A stretch of DNA of 62,411 nucleotides, taken from positions 1 through 62,411 of the forward strand of contig CAZENL010000004.1 of the NCBI GenBank assembly GCA_964513505.1. Direction: 5' to 3'. This document shows positions 45,501 through 54,263 of the stretch, piece after piece. The stretch comes from an uncultured Anaerolineaceae bacterium. Lineage in GTDB: Bacteria; Chloroflexota; Limnocylindria; Limnocylindrales; CSP1-4. The stretch's first letter is position 1, and each line of letters starts with the position of its first letter. The position numbers were made by a program, and so were the translations under genes. The notes under the pieces are model-generated. The model was not told the origin of the DNA and did no database searches. It worked only from the letters and a program-made list of their open reading frames with translations.

Positions 45501-46659
45501 CCACATCGCTCAGATCGGCCGAGGAGAGCACCACGGCGCCGGTCCGGCCGGCGACGGTGGTCACATTGGCGGTCAGCGCGCCGCCGGAGAAGCCCAGCCC
45601 GGCGCCCACGGTGACGTTGGAATTCCCGCCCGCCCCGTTGCCATAAAGGATCGAGGAGCCGGAAGTGGCCGGGTCATAATCGACCCCGGCCGTGGTGTTG
45701 GAGAAGCCGCCCGCGCCGTTGCCCTTCAGGATGGCCGAGCCGGAGGTCGCCGGGGCGTAGTCCGTGCCGCTGAGGGCGGCGGAGACGGTGCCGGCGGTTG
45801 CCTTGAGCAGGCCGGTCAGGCTGGCCGCGCCGCCCTGGGCGGCCGCCAAGTGCCCGCTGGTGATGTTGGAGGCGTTGGTGGTGTCCGTGGTCGCCGAGGC
45901 GGCCAAGCCGCTCACATCGCTCGCGGCGGGCTGGGCCTGAGCGACCGAGCCGTCCGTCCCGATTTGGGTAAGGAATTGATGGGAGACGGCCGCGAGGCTC
46001 TTGACGCCGCCCAGCGTGGTGGCGGCCGGGTTCGGCAAACGGGCGGCCGGGACCGTGCCGCTGGCCAGCGCCGAGGCGTTGAGGCTGGTCAGGGCGGCGC
46101 CGCTCAGGGCCGGGATATTGACCAGCGTGGTCGCGATCGAGCCGGCCGATGTGGTGACGTCGCCGGTCAGCGCCGGGAAGCGGGCGGCCGGGACCGTGCC
46201 GGTGATCAGATCGGTCGCCGAGCCGCTGGTGGCGATCGCCGCGAGCGTGGCGGCGCAGCCGGTGCTGCTGTCCGAAAGATCGGCGCAAGCGGGGCGCGCC
46301 TGGCCGACGCTGCCATCGGCCGTGAGGATCGAGGTCAGGAAGTTGTGCGAGACGGCCGCCTTGGAGAAGACGCCGCCAAGGCTGGCGACGCCCGGCAGGG
46401 GCAGGCGCGCGGCGGGCACGGTGCCGGTGGAAAGATCGGAGGCGCTCCCGCTCGTCGCGATCGGCGCCAAGCCCGACACATCGCCGGCCGCAAGGCTGAT
46501 CGATCCGCCCAGCGCAACGGCATGGGTGGAGATCGTGATTTGCGGGTTGGCGATGAAGCTGTTCGGGACCGGGACCGGGATGGCCTGCTTCAGGCCGGCC
46601 GAGCTGGCCGGGAGGGCCAGCGCCAGCAGCGCGAGTGCCGGGATGAGGAGCTTTTTCAT
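42541..46659 (-). CDS. large fibre/spike with N-terminal signal peptide and C-terminal peptidase S74 chaperone
   Basis: Start MKKLLIPALALLALALPASSA. Fibre motif VRTTANITLSGEQTIDG. S74 motif SDARTK..GVFAQQ plus a terminal coiled coil. Confidence 0.85.
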   Translation of the reverse strand: MKKLLIPALALLALALPASSAGLKQAIPVPVPNSFIANPQITISTHAVALGGSISLAAGDVSGLAPIATSGSASDLSTGTVPAARLPLPGVASLGGVFSKAAVSHNFLTSILTADGSVGQARPACADLSDSSTGCAATLAAIATSGSATDLITGTVPAARFPALTGDVTTSAGSIATTLVNIPALSGAALTSLNASALASGTVPAARLPNPAATTLGGVKSLAAVSHQFLTQIGTDGSVAQAQPAASDVSGLAASATTDTTNASNITSGHLAAAQGGAASLTGLLKATAGTVSAALSGTDYAPATSGSAILKGNGAGGFSNTTAGVDYDPATSGSSILYGNGAGGNSNVTVGAGLGFSGGALTANVTTVAGRTGAVVLSSADLSDVATLATLSGSQTLTNKGINASNNSITNLTTAMFAANVVDNDPALAAQSATRIPTQSAVYNFVTNALNGIQWKQAVFVRTTANITLSGEQTIDGQLTSASRVLAMAETDQTTNGCYVSAAGAWTRCADSTTGVQILSSTYFIQNGTLWKNSAWTNTNTSAITVGVTNITFGQIAGVNEYSAGTGLTLSANQFAIDSTVATLTGSQTLTNKAISGSSNTLSNIANASLTNSSVTIGSTTIALGASSSTLAGALTFSGANAYGTPASITLTNATGLPIGGLTGLGTGVGTALAVNVGSAGAPVLFNGAGGTPSSLTLTNATACSISSCVSSLAAGMATFLNSGAGADFYTAVASGKTGTGNLVFATNGSLTTPTINAPNITGHATIEGVTPTGASGTGNLLFSANQTLTGTLTAATANFSGILTGTAQMVANASSSIASSASATLDDVDVTGATTTVTGTTHITTAKGFNKFSIYQPTITDGSAVTIDSAASLYIDNAPLAAGSVTITNPYALWVGAGATKLGGTLSVTGHTTFEGVTSTGATGTGNFMFSASPTTTGTLTAAAATFSGQVEFDNNILKGNGGYTTILWNPNGGNSTVSIGGAPASQTSYNLKVYGAGGADGSFSSGAATFTGTIAAPAATFSGLVTQTINQTAATEFKTINTSSGANAYAGFHANNGSTDSYMVHWGTGSGGTGLNIVDSLSIQTTGTNGIGIGTNVAAPIKLYINGFEKVHLGTDGSFLVGGTTNTGAGTIYSSGGVLIGATTFPTPTNKLYVTGGQYAFGISDGTYVFYQGTGNNFWKLYEGGGAAVLEATQTGSTFNITGTYGTISDARTKIRRAMDQSEYRKSIAALDLSEFDRYQNIQKTGPSERRFGVFAQQAYTSLPAALRWAVTPPQEKNDLWHAASEPFAFLALWGVKDLYSLKAVEDGRITALEATVKKQGAQIAQLQGQLKASAQLSAKVEALTAIVLKMKAANDNPQPIHATLRKAS

Positions 46660-46661
46660 GT

Positions 46662-47132
46662 TTACCATTTCGCAAAGCCGGTGACGATCGGCGCGCCGGC
46701 GATGCAATAGATCGCCCCGCTATAGCCGGTGAAATCGTAGGAGCTGCCCTGAGGGATCGGGAAGCCGGTGCCGGTGGTGACGCCCGAGGTCTTGCCCCAA
46801 TAAACGACGCCGGTCGCCAGATTGTTGATGAGCTCGCGATGGATCGCGGCCGTGTCGCCATTGGCTACCAGTGTGGCCGATGTGCCGCAGCTTATCTGCG
46901 TCGGGGCGGTGGAATCGTTGCTCGTCTGTGGAGTGATCCAAACCGGCAAGCCGGTGGCGCCGCACGCGCCCGCCGTGAAGTTCGGGCTCGATGCCGGGTT
47001 GTAGCAATAGAGGATCGAGCGGCCGGGCGGCCACGCCGTGGTGAGCGGAATGCTCGCCGGCTGCGCCATCGCCGGGATGGTCGCGCCCAGGATGAGGAGG
47101 GCGGCCACGAAGAAGCTGCGGAAGGATTTCAT
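46662..47132 (-). CDS. signal-peptide protein in the structural operon
   Basis: MKSFRSFFVAALLILGATIPAMA-Q; 4 Cys. Confidence 0.7.
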   Translation of the reverse strand: MKSFRSFFVAALLILGATIPAMAQPASIPLTTAWPPGRSILYCYNPASSPNFTAGACGATGLPVWITPQTSNDSTAPTQISCGTSATLVANGDTAAIHRELINNLATGVVYWGKTSGVTTGTGFPIPQGSSYDFTGYSGAIYCIAGAPIVTGFAKW

Positions 47133-47196
47133 GCGGAGTATCTCCGGGAAGCTGAGCTGCCGCCGACCCGCGAGGGCCGGCGGCGAGCTGGGAGGC

Positions 47197-48225
47197 TTAG
47201 AGCTCGAAGGCCGAGACGCTCAAGTTCGCCAGGCCGATATGCGAGGCGTTGGCGACCGCCTTCGCCGCCAAATCGTACCAATAGGCGGTGCCGAGCGTAA
47301 GCCCGGTCACAACCACCTGCATCGAGAACGGCGTGAACACATCGGCGGCAACGACCGTCGCCGGGTTGGTGTATTCGAGAATGTTGCCAACCTGCGTTCC
47401 GGCGAGCGCCGCATTGCTGCCCGGCGCGGCGCCGGTTCCATACGAGAGCTGCGCCAGAATGCCGTCGCCGGCGGTGGTGACCGAGCTGATAAGATTGCCC
47501 GAGATCATCAAAACCACCTTGCCCGACTTGTTCGGGGTGATGGCGCCGGCAATGCCCTGCATCGTGAAGGCCGCGGTGCTGTTGGGCGCGGTCGGATTGG
47601 CCGGCTGCGCCTGATAAGTGGCAGCGGCCGAGGCGATCGTGGCGTTCCATTTGCCGGCGACCGTGCTCCAGAGAACGACCGTCTGACCCGGGGCCAGCCA
47701 ATAGGCGGTGGCGGTGGCGACGCCGTTGATGGTGTCGTTGACAGCGCCATAGACGGCGCAGCCTGCCGCGCCATTGTTGGTGATGACAGCAACGCCACCA
47801 CCACCAGCCGGCGGAGCGAGAACGCTATCCAGCGCCGTCGCGCAAACCGAAATGGTGTTGATGTTGGCCACAAGCGGGAGAGCGGCCGCCTTCGTGCCGC
47901 CGGCATGAGCGGTCAGCGCATCGGCAGAGGAGAACACCACATTGCCGCCAGCGGCCTCGAAGATCGTCCAAGTCGGCGACACGCTGGTGTTCGTGTTCAT
48001 GTAGAGCTTCTTGTTGGTCGTATCGACCAGCAGATCGCCCGGGAGCGCGATGCCGAAGAGCGTGCCCGCGCCGCCGTTAACCGGCGCGCCGGCATTGCTC
48101 CAGACATTCGGCATCTGAATGTTGGTGCCGCCGGCGTTGATCCAGATTGCGCTCGTCGAGAGCAGCAAGAGCTTGGCTTTGATTTTGCCCTTGAAGCGTT
48201 GCATTACGCCTGAATTGGAAGCCAT
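47197..48225 (-). CDS. putative head fibre/decoration protein
   Basis: Start MASNSG (AAAAGGAG RBS); Ala/Gly/Thr-rich and beta-rich; follows the capsid gene. Confidence 0.6.
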   Translation of the reverse strand: MASNSGVMQRFKGKIKAKLLLLSTSAIWINAGGTNIQMPNVWSNAGAPVNGGAGTLFGIALPGDLLVDTTNKKLYMNTNTSVSPTWTIFEAAGGNVVFSSADALTAHAGGTKAAALPLVANINTISVCATALDSVLAPPAGGGGVAVITNNGAAGCAVYGAVNDTINGVATATAYWLAPGQTVVLWSTVAGKWNATIASAAATYQAQPANPTAPNSTAAFTMQGIAGAITPNKSGKVVLMISGNLISSVTTAGDGILAQLSYGTGAAPGSNAALAGTQVGNILEYTNPATVVAADVFTPFSMQVVVTGLTLGTAYWYDLAAKAVANASHIGLANLSVSAFEL

Positions 48226-48281
48226 TGAAATCTCCTTTTGTCGTTGGAATTGTGGTTGTTGAGGGAGAGCGAAGTGGCGCT

Positions 48282-48743
48282 TTACTTCCCCGGCGCCGGC
48301 GGAGTGCGGCCCGCGCACAGGGCGTGGGCTTCTTCCTTGTTGAGCGGCGCCGGATTGAGGCGCAGCCCTTCGATTACATCATACCGGCCGAGGCCAGTGT
48401 GGATCGCATAGCGGAAGCCAGCAGCGCCGCCCTGGGCGAGCTGCTTCTCCAGCTCGGCGCAGCGGGCGAGAGCGGCCGCAAGCTGGGCGCTCCCATCGGC
48501 GCCGCCGGGCCGCATCGAGGTCAGCCGGATATAACCGGCGCTTTCGAGTTCGCGGCGGTTCTTCATCCGCAGGAGAACGTCGCTCGGGATATAGCGGCCG
48601 ACGCGGGCGCGGGCGGTGTTGCCCGGCTGGCGGCAATCATCCGGTGCATAGACCGGGAGCTCGAAGGATTTGCAGATCAGCGCGCCGGCGACTTGGGCGG
48701 CGGGGATTGGCGCGGGGGTAGCGCGTTGGTTGCGGTTGGCCAT
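48282..48743 (-). CDS. hypothetical head-module protein
   Basis: Start MANRNQ (AAGAGGA RBS). Confidence 0.6.
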   Translation of the reverse strand: MANRNQRATPAPIPAAQVAGALICKSFELPVYAPDDCRQPGNTARARVGRYIPSDVLLRMKNRRELESAGYIRLTSMRPGGADGSAQLAAALARCAELEKQLAQGGAAGFRYAIHTGLGRYDVIEGLRLNPAPLNKEEAHALCAGRTPPAPGK

Positions 48744-48765
48744 TGGTTCGTCCTCTTGCGATCGG

Positions 48766-48818
48766 AAAGAAAAGGAGGGCAAGGGCGCAGCAGCTCAGCC
48801 GCCGCGCCCCGCCTGCCC
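48766..48818 (-). terminator. intrinsic terminator/attenuator after the capsid gene
   Basis: GGGCGCGGC/GCTGCGCCC stem followed by CCTTTTCTTT on the minus strand. Confidence 0.5.
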
Positions 48819-48822
48819 CGGC

Positions 48823-49818
48823 TTAGTTGTTGGTGATGTTGTAGAAGAAGAAGCCCAGATCGGAGCCGACGAGCTTCATGTCGAAGCTCATTTCGGTTTC
48901 GATGCGGACCGTGCCCAGGCCGCGCAGCGGCACCGGGATATTGCTCACGCGGACGCCCATGTTGTTGAGGCCGGTGAAGCCCGCCCATGGGAAGACATAC
49001 CCCGCGCTCGGCACCATCAAGCCAGGCGCCGGCGCCGCATAAGCGAGCAGGGCATGGTTGCCGGTGACGAAGGAGAAGCTGTCAGCGGCGCCTTCCGCGG
49101 CGGAATTGTAAACCGCCTTGGAGACAACGACCTTCTCCACATCGAAGGCCTCGGCGAGGAGCTGCGGGGTGATTTTGCCCGCATAGGCCGGCGAGGTGTA
49201 CTTGATGCGATCGATCACCAGCGGGTGCTTCTTCAAGGCCTTATAGACCTTGTAGCCGAGCACCAGCACATTCGGCTCCATGCCGGTATTTTCCAGCACC
49301 ACAGTCTGGGCGTCGGAAATATCGGTGAAGGGATCGCCGTCCGCATCATTGTTCCAATAGGTGCGGGTGGTGGTGCCGTTGCCATTGGCCGCGCCGGCGA
49401 CTTCGTTCGCCCACAGGCCGGTGGTGAAGTACTTCGTGACGAAGATGCGGTCCTTCTTGATGAGCATCTTCTGCATGAGCATCCGGGTCGCCCCGATTTC
49501 CGGCTCGACGGCCGGATCGGCATTGCGGCGCATCTGCTCGCCGATATCCTGATGGAGCGCATAAACCGCCGCCAGATAGGAATCGGTGTCGAGGTTGTAG
49601 CCAGTGCCAGCCGACTCGGTGGCATCCGCGCGCTGCTGGGCTTCATCGCGGAAGAAGTCGCCCTTGCGATACCGGAAGTATTTGTCGGACTGGTGCTGGA
49701 CGGGCACCGGCGGGAAAACCACATCGGCGATGTAGGAGTCCGCCTTCTGAAGATAGGCGGTGGCGATCATCGATAGCGCTGCGTCAATATGGACAGCGCC
49801 CTGTGTTGGTTGCGGCAT
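48823..49818 (-). CDS. major capsid protein
   Basis: VHIDAALSMIATAY, IADVVFPPVPVQHQSDKY, PNVLVLGYKVYKALKKHPLVIDRIKY. Confidence 0.9.
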   Translation of the reverse strand: MPQPTQGAVHIDAALSMIATAYLQKADSYIADVVFPPVPVQHQSDKYFRYRKGDFFRDEAQQRADATESAGTGYNLDTDSYLAAVYALHQDIGEQMRRNADPAVEPEIGATRMLMQKMLIKKDRIFVTKYFTTGLWANEVAGAANGNGTTTRTYWNNDADGDPFTDISDAQTVVLENTGMEPNVLVLGYKVYKALKKHPLVIDRIKYTSPAYAGKITPQLLAEAFDVEKVVVSKAVYNSAAEGAADSFSFVTGNHALLAYAAPAPGLMVPSAGYVFPWAGFTGLNNMGVRVSNIPVPLRGLGTVRIETEMSFDMKLVGSDLGFFFYNITNN

Positions 49819-49919
49819 AGTCGTACTCCGATCTTTTCTGGGAGCGCTGCCCTTCAGCAGCTATTGAGAGGGGATCGCCCGGCTGGGATCAGCCGGGCTT
49901 CCCTCGGATGGCGAAAGGC

Positions 49920-50291
49920 TTAGGCGGTTGGGCCGGTCAGCATGACGGTGCCGAGCGTGCCGGCGGCCGCAGCTTCGAGAGCGACGCCAACCTGTACGCC
50001 GGCGCCCTTGGTGATCAGCTTGCCGCTGGCCGCCTCGACCTGAAGGGCATCGCCGGCGACAACGCCTGCGGTGCCGATCTGGGCCTTCGTGATGCCGACG
50101 AAGCCGATATCCGCAGCCTGGCCGGCGAGCGGCTGGTTCTGGAGGATGCCGGAAATGCCAACGGCGGCGCTGGCGAGAATGACCTGCCGGTCAGTGGTCG
50201 ATTGCACCACCGCGAAGAACTGCTTCGCGGAAAGATCGGTGCCGGCGACGCGCTGGCCGCCATCGTGCAGAAGAGGGCCTTCAGTGGCCAT
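49920..50291 (-). CDS. capsid cement/decoration protein (DUF2190-like)
   Basis: 123 aa; GILQNQP.AGQAADI..GITKA..G. Confidence 0.75.
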   Translation of the reverse strand: MATEGPLLHDGGQRVAGTDLSAKQFFAVVQSTTDRQVILASAAVGISGILQNQPLAGQAADIGFVGITKAQIGTAGVVAGDALQVEAASGKLITKGAGVQVGVALEAAAAGTLGTVMLTGPTA

Positions 50292-50357
50292 GGTGAACTC
50301 CTTGGGTTTTGCTGTTTCGGAAATGGACGGCCGGGAAGCCCGCGCCGCAGGCGCAGG

Positions 50358-51839
50358 CTAGGAGGGGCGGCCGACTTCGCTCTTGTAGAGCGCCACAGCC
50401 TCGGCCATGCCGTAAGTAGCCGGCGTCTCGTACACTTTGGCGAAGGCCTGATCGATGGTCAGGCCCTTCTCGATGCCCTGGAGCTCCTTGGCCTTGGCCA
50501 TGAGCTGATCGTAGCCCTTGCCGCCGGTCTGGGCGTTGGAGCCGCTCTCGCCGAAAAGCTTGCCGACGCGGATCTGCTCGCGCATCGCCTTGATCTCGGT
50601 TTCGAGCTTGCCGATCGACACCGCATCGCCGGTGAAGGCCTTGCGGAGCGTCTCGCCGAAATCGGCCGTGAAGCCCATGTCCGTGGCGCGCTTGGTGAAG
50701 TCGGCCACGGCGGCCGCCTCGTCGCGCTTCAGGATATCGGCCGCCTGGCTGGCGATCTTGGCGGCTTGGCTCTTGGCGAAATTGAAGCCGTTCTCGGTGG
50801 GGAAATCGGCCTTCGTGAGCACCGTGCCGTCTTCCGCCCGGAAGGCGTTGCCGGCGGCGATCGACTTGTTGATCTTCTCGACGCTCTCATCGTCATCGTC
50901 CATGGGATTGTCGGACATGTGCTTGTCGCGCTCGGCGGCCGACATGGCCTGGAAGGCATCCTTGCCGCCCTTCGGCATCTTGGCGCCCTTCTTGCCCATG
51001 AAGTCGGCGTGCTTGTCGCTCATCTTCTCGACCTTGCCCTCGGCGCCCTTCTTCTTGTCGGCCTCTTCCTTCTCGGCCATCGCCTTCAGAACATCGGCCT
51101 CGGTCGCCGTGGCGGGGAGCCCCAGCAGTTTCTTGATCGCTTCCATGTTGTGAACTCCGTCAGCATTCTCCGCGATCCCAGCGGCCAGGGCCTTCTTCAT
51201 CTCGTCGGGCATGACGCCCTTTAGATGGTCTGCAAACTGCTCGATGGTTTCCTCGATCAGCTTTTCCTTGTCGGCGGCATCGTCGCACAGGATCGAGCAG
51301 ATCGATTCCCGGAGCGTGTCCGTCGCTTCCCAGAACTCCGTGTAAAAGTCCTGGCTGATTTCCTTCGCCTTCAGCGCGTCATCGAAGAGCGTCGCCTCCT
51401 CGGGATCGCCGGCGCCCACATCCTTGGCGATCGCCGCCGCAAGGGCGCTCCCATCGCCGCCCAGCTCGGGGAAGAGCTTGGCGATCGGCGCCTCGATGGC
51501 CTTGACGAAGGCGGCGCGATCGACGCGCCAGGCTTCCGGCAGCTCCAGCTTGAGCACGGCCGCGCGCTCGATGATGTGCTTCTTGATCGCCGGCCGGGCT
51601 TTGGCCTTGACCAGCTCGTAGCCCTGCACCGCGAGCGGCAGATCGGCCGCCTTCTCGATCGGGAACATGCCGTGCGCGTCGATGCGCTTCATGTAGGCCG
51701 TCACTTCGGCCGGGACGGTCTTGGCCTTCTTGCTCAGCATGACCTTGACGCCTTCGCCGGCGCCGCGGGTGACGCTGGAGACTTCCTTCACCACGATATT
51801 GCGAAGGATATGGTGGGCGATCTTCTTGAAGTCGATCAT
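50358..51839 (-). CDS. capsid scaffold protein
   Basis: Start MIDFKK; KEVSSVTRGAG; FPI..AIKKHIIERAAVL (DUF6582-like); charged helical body. Confidence 0.7.
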   Translation of the reverse strand: MIDFKKIAHHILRNIVVKEVSSVTRGAGEGVKVMLSKKAKTVPAEVTAYMKRIDAHGMFPIEKAADLPLAVQGYELVKAKARPAIKKHIIERAAVLKLELPEAWRVDRAAFVKAIEAPIAKLFPELGGDGSALAAAIAKDVGAGDPEEATLFDDALKAKEISQDFYTEFWEATDTLRESICSILCDDAADKEKLIEETIEQFADHLKGVMPDEMKKALAAGIAENADGVHNMEAIKKLLGLPATATEADVLKAMAEKEEADKKKGAEGKVEKMSDKHADFMGKKGAKMPKGGKDAFQAMSAAERDKHMSDNPMDDDDESVEKINKSIAAGNAFRAEDGTVLTKADFPTENGFNFAKSQAAKIASQAADILKRDEAAAVADFTKRATDMGFTADFGETLRKAFTGDAVSIGKLETEIKAMREQIRVGKLFGESGSNAQTGGKGYDQLMAKAKELQGIEKGLTIDQAFAKVYETPATYGMAEAVALYKSEVGRPS

Positions 51840-51841
51840 TT

Positions 51842-52735
51842 TCAGGCTCCAGCCGGGATGAGGTGGCCGGAGCCACCGATCGAGAATTCGGCGCGCTCGC
51901 CGCGCTTGTGGGCCGCCCAAACATCGGCATCGTCCACCTTGAAGCCGGTCCACCAGCCTTCCATGCCGAGGTCGATGCCGAGCGCGTCCTGCTTCTGCTT
52001 CGTGAACATCATGCTTTCGACGAGCCGGCCGACGCCAATCTGATCGTGCATGTCGCCCTGAAGGCGCGAGTTCAAAACATAGTTGTAGGCAGCGGGCTCC
52101 ATTTCCTCGGGCGGAATGGCGTGGCCCTGCTTGTCGATGATGAGCTCGCCGCCCTTGGTCATCACGGAGGCCCAGCCGAAGAGGAGCTGCTGATCCTCGA
52201 CCGCCTTCGCCAGCTTGAAGGGGATCGAAATCCCCTTGAGCACATTGGTGACGGGCTCCAAATCCTTGAAGCGGACCGAGGCGGTTGTCTCGCCATTGAG
52301 CCATTGGGCGGCGAGGCGATGATGGCCGTCGCCGATATAGTTCTTGCCGGCATGGCGCACCACCACCGGGAGCTTCGCAGCCGCAACGCCGCTATCTTGG
52401 ATCGCCTTCACTTTCACCGGATCGACGCGATCCTGCATGGCATGGAGACTATCGAGCGGCACTTCGACCTGCGGAAGCTTCTCGCTATCGGTCAGCGCGC
52501 CGAAGAAGCGCGGAACCTGATCGGGGCGAAGCGAGCCCAGGGCGTTGGGATCGTAGAGGAAGGGCGATTTCGCGGTGCTCTCATCGTGCGGCTGGAGATC
52601 GCGCTTGGCGATGCCCGTCTTCAGCTCCGTGAATGAGCGCGCCTTCTTCTTGCCCCCGTTGCCGAGGGCGGTATCGACATGCACCGAGGCCGCCGAAATG
52701 TCCTTTACGAGCTGGGCGAAAGAGCGAGCGCTCAA
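51842..52735 (-). CDS. ParB/Srx domain fused to XkdF-like prohead protease
   Basis: TTG start (TTGA overlap). LHAMQDRV..PVVVRHAGKNYIGDGHHRLAA (ParB). QLLFGWAS..DKQGH..GDMH..GRLVES..FSIGG (XkdF). Confidence 0.75.
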   Translation of the reverse strand: MSARSFAQLVKDISAASVHVDTALGNGGKKKARSFTELKTGIAKRDLQPHDESTAKSPFLYDPNALGSLRPDQVPRFFGALTDSEKLPQVEVPLDSLHAMQDRVDPVKVKAIQDSGVAAAKLPVVVRHAGKNYIGDGHHRLAAQWLNGETTASVRFKDLEPVTNVLKGISIPFKLAKAVEDQQLLFGWASVMTKGGELIIDKQGHAIPPEEMEPAAYNYVLNSRLQGDMHDQIGVGRLVESMMFTKQKQDALGIDLGMEGWWTGFKVDDADVWAAHKRGERAEFSIGGSGHLIPAGA

Positions 52736-53196
52736 TTCAGAACCGAGCCGCCGATTGTGCCGGTGACATGGGCGGTGCCGGCATTGTTGGCTACCACCAC
52801 CGTGACGCGCCATGTCAGCGGGAGAGGCGAATTCGCGGCCGTGTTGGCGGCAACAACCACGCCGGGGTAAACCACCATTTCGATCGTGCCGGTTCCGGTC
52901 TGCGCCGCGCCGGCGAGGAGCGTGTAATACTTGCCGCTCGCCGCATCCTTGCCCTCGATCGTCACGGTGACGGTGGCGGTGGTCATCGTGGTCAGATCGA
53001 CGATGAAGATGCCGCCGCGCACCGAGCAGTTGGTTTGATCGGCGGAATGCAGCGTGGCGGCGAGCTGGGCCGTCATCGTCAAAAGCGGCGTGTCGGAATT
53101 CTTCCCCGAGCAGTTGTTGTCGGCCATCGCCGGCGAGCTGGCCAGCAGCGCGAAGGCGAACAGGAACGGGACCGCGAGGGCCTTGAGGAGGCGCAT
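52732..53196 (-). CDS. signal-peptide beta-sandwich protein in the head module
   Basis: MRLLKALAVPFLFAFALLASSPAMA-D; 2 Cys. Confidence 0.7.
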   Translation of the reverse strand: MRLLKALAVPFLFAFALLASSPAMADNNCSGKNSDTPLLTMTAQLAATLHSADQTNCSVRGGIFIVDLTTMTTATVTVTIEGKDAASGKYYTLLAGAAQTGTGTIEMVVYPGVVVAANTAANSPLPLTWRVTVVVANNAGTAHVTGTIGGSVLN

Positions 53197-53216
53197 GGGG
53201 TTTCCTTTCGGGAAAA

Positions 53217-54263
53217 CTAGAACGGGATCGCGGGAAGCTGGATCGGCGGGAGCTGTGCCGGGCGGCGAACGCCTGGCGCCGGCGCGCCGGTGAAGGGATT
53301 GGCAGAAACCCGGGAAAGATCGGTCACATACTTTTCCGAGCAGCGGCAGTTGACATGCGCGAGCGGCGCCATGATCGGGCCGTCCGCGCTCATATAGGGC
53401 TGGAAGACAGTCACGCCCCGGGGATTGAGCAGCGGGATCGAGGCGCAGATCGGGCAGAGCCGCTCGTCGATCGTCACTTGCCAGAAGCGCGTCACTTCGC
53501 TTTCGCGGAGCCGGCCGCCGCCAACCGCCTGCACATAGGCGTCGCGGATGCCGCCCACGGCCGCCTGCAAACTTTCCTGCTGGGCGATCGTCTGCGCCCG
53601 ATACATCAAGCGCCGCTCGGCCGAGGCCAGAACCAGTCGATCGACCGTCTCCTGCTTGGCCGGCGCGCCGTCCACTATGCTGCGGACGATCGGATCGAAG
53701 CGCGGATCGCGAAGAGCCCGGACAAGGGCCTGCGGATCGCCGTTCTCCAGCATCCGCCGGTAATTCGACAAGGCCAGAGCATCGCGCGGCGTCAAGCCGA
53801 TCACTTGCTTAAGCGCGCCGGCAATCTCAGCCGGATCGGCGCCCAGGCGAAGGGCCTGAAGGAGCTGCTGCCGCACCACATCGGCGGCCGGCCCGAGGAT
53901 GGAGCCGATGAATGTCTGCTGTGCGCCGGCGAGCTGGGCGGCGGCGACCAAAGGATCATAGACCACCAAGCCGCCAAGGCTCCCGGCCGTCTCAGCTTCG
54001 GCCGCATCGACGAAAGTATCGGCGACCGGCTTGTAGGCCTGCTTGAGCGCGTCGGCCACGCCCGGGCCGCCGAGGATGGTGGCGAGGCCGATCGTGTTGC
54101 CGCTGGCGATCATGCCCTTGAGATCGGCATGATCGAGGGCAGTTCCAAGGGCGGCCAGGCCGGCGGCGATGGCTTTGGTGATCCGGCTTTCCCGCTGCTC
54201 GGCGATCTGGATCGCAAGATCGTCGGGCCGCTGGTAATGCTCGGCCGCGAGAAGGCTAGGCAC
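53217..54263 (-). CDS. MuF/gp7-like minor head protein
   Basis: YRAQTIAQQES, RFWQVTIDERLCPIC, PLAHVNCRC. Confidence 0.85.
   Translation of the reverse strand: MPSLLAAEHYQRPDDLAIQIAEQRESRITKAIAAGLAALGTALDHADLKGMIASGNTIGLATILGGPGVADALKQAYKPVADTFVDAAEAETAGSLGGLVVYDPLVAAAQLAGAQQTFIGSILGPAADVVRQQLLQALRLGADPAEIAGALKQVIGLTPRDALALSNYRRMLENGDPQALVRALRDPRFDPIVRSIVDGAPAKQETVDRLVLASAERRLMYRAQTIAQQESLQAAVGGIRDAYVQAVGGGRLRESEVTRFWQVTIDERLCPICASIPLLNPRGVTVFQPYMSADGPIMAPLAHVNCRCSEKYVTDLSRVSANPFTGAPAPGVRRPAQLPPIQLPAIPF

Noticed and set aside
42541-46659. Diversity-generating retroelement acting on the fibre
   Set aside because: No reverse transcriptase, and no template/variable repeat pair differing only at adenines. 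The repeats seen are in-frame shaft repeats.
42541-46707. ORF-track start at 46707, which would hide the signal peptide
   Set aside because: It overlaps the upstream gene (stop at 46662) by 46 nt. ATG 46659 follows that stop directly, matching the coupling seen across the operon.
53217-54263. MuF polymorphic toxin
   Set aside because: The protein ends about 35 aa after the HVNCRC motif with a Pro-rich tail. No toxin domain or immunity gene follows.
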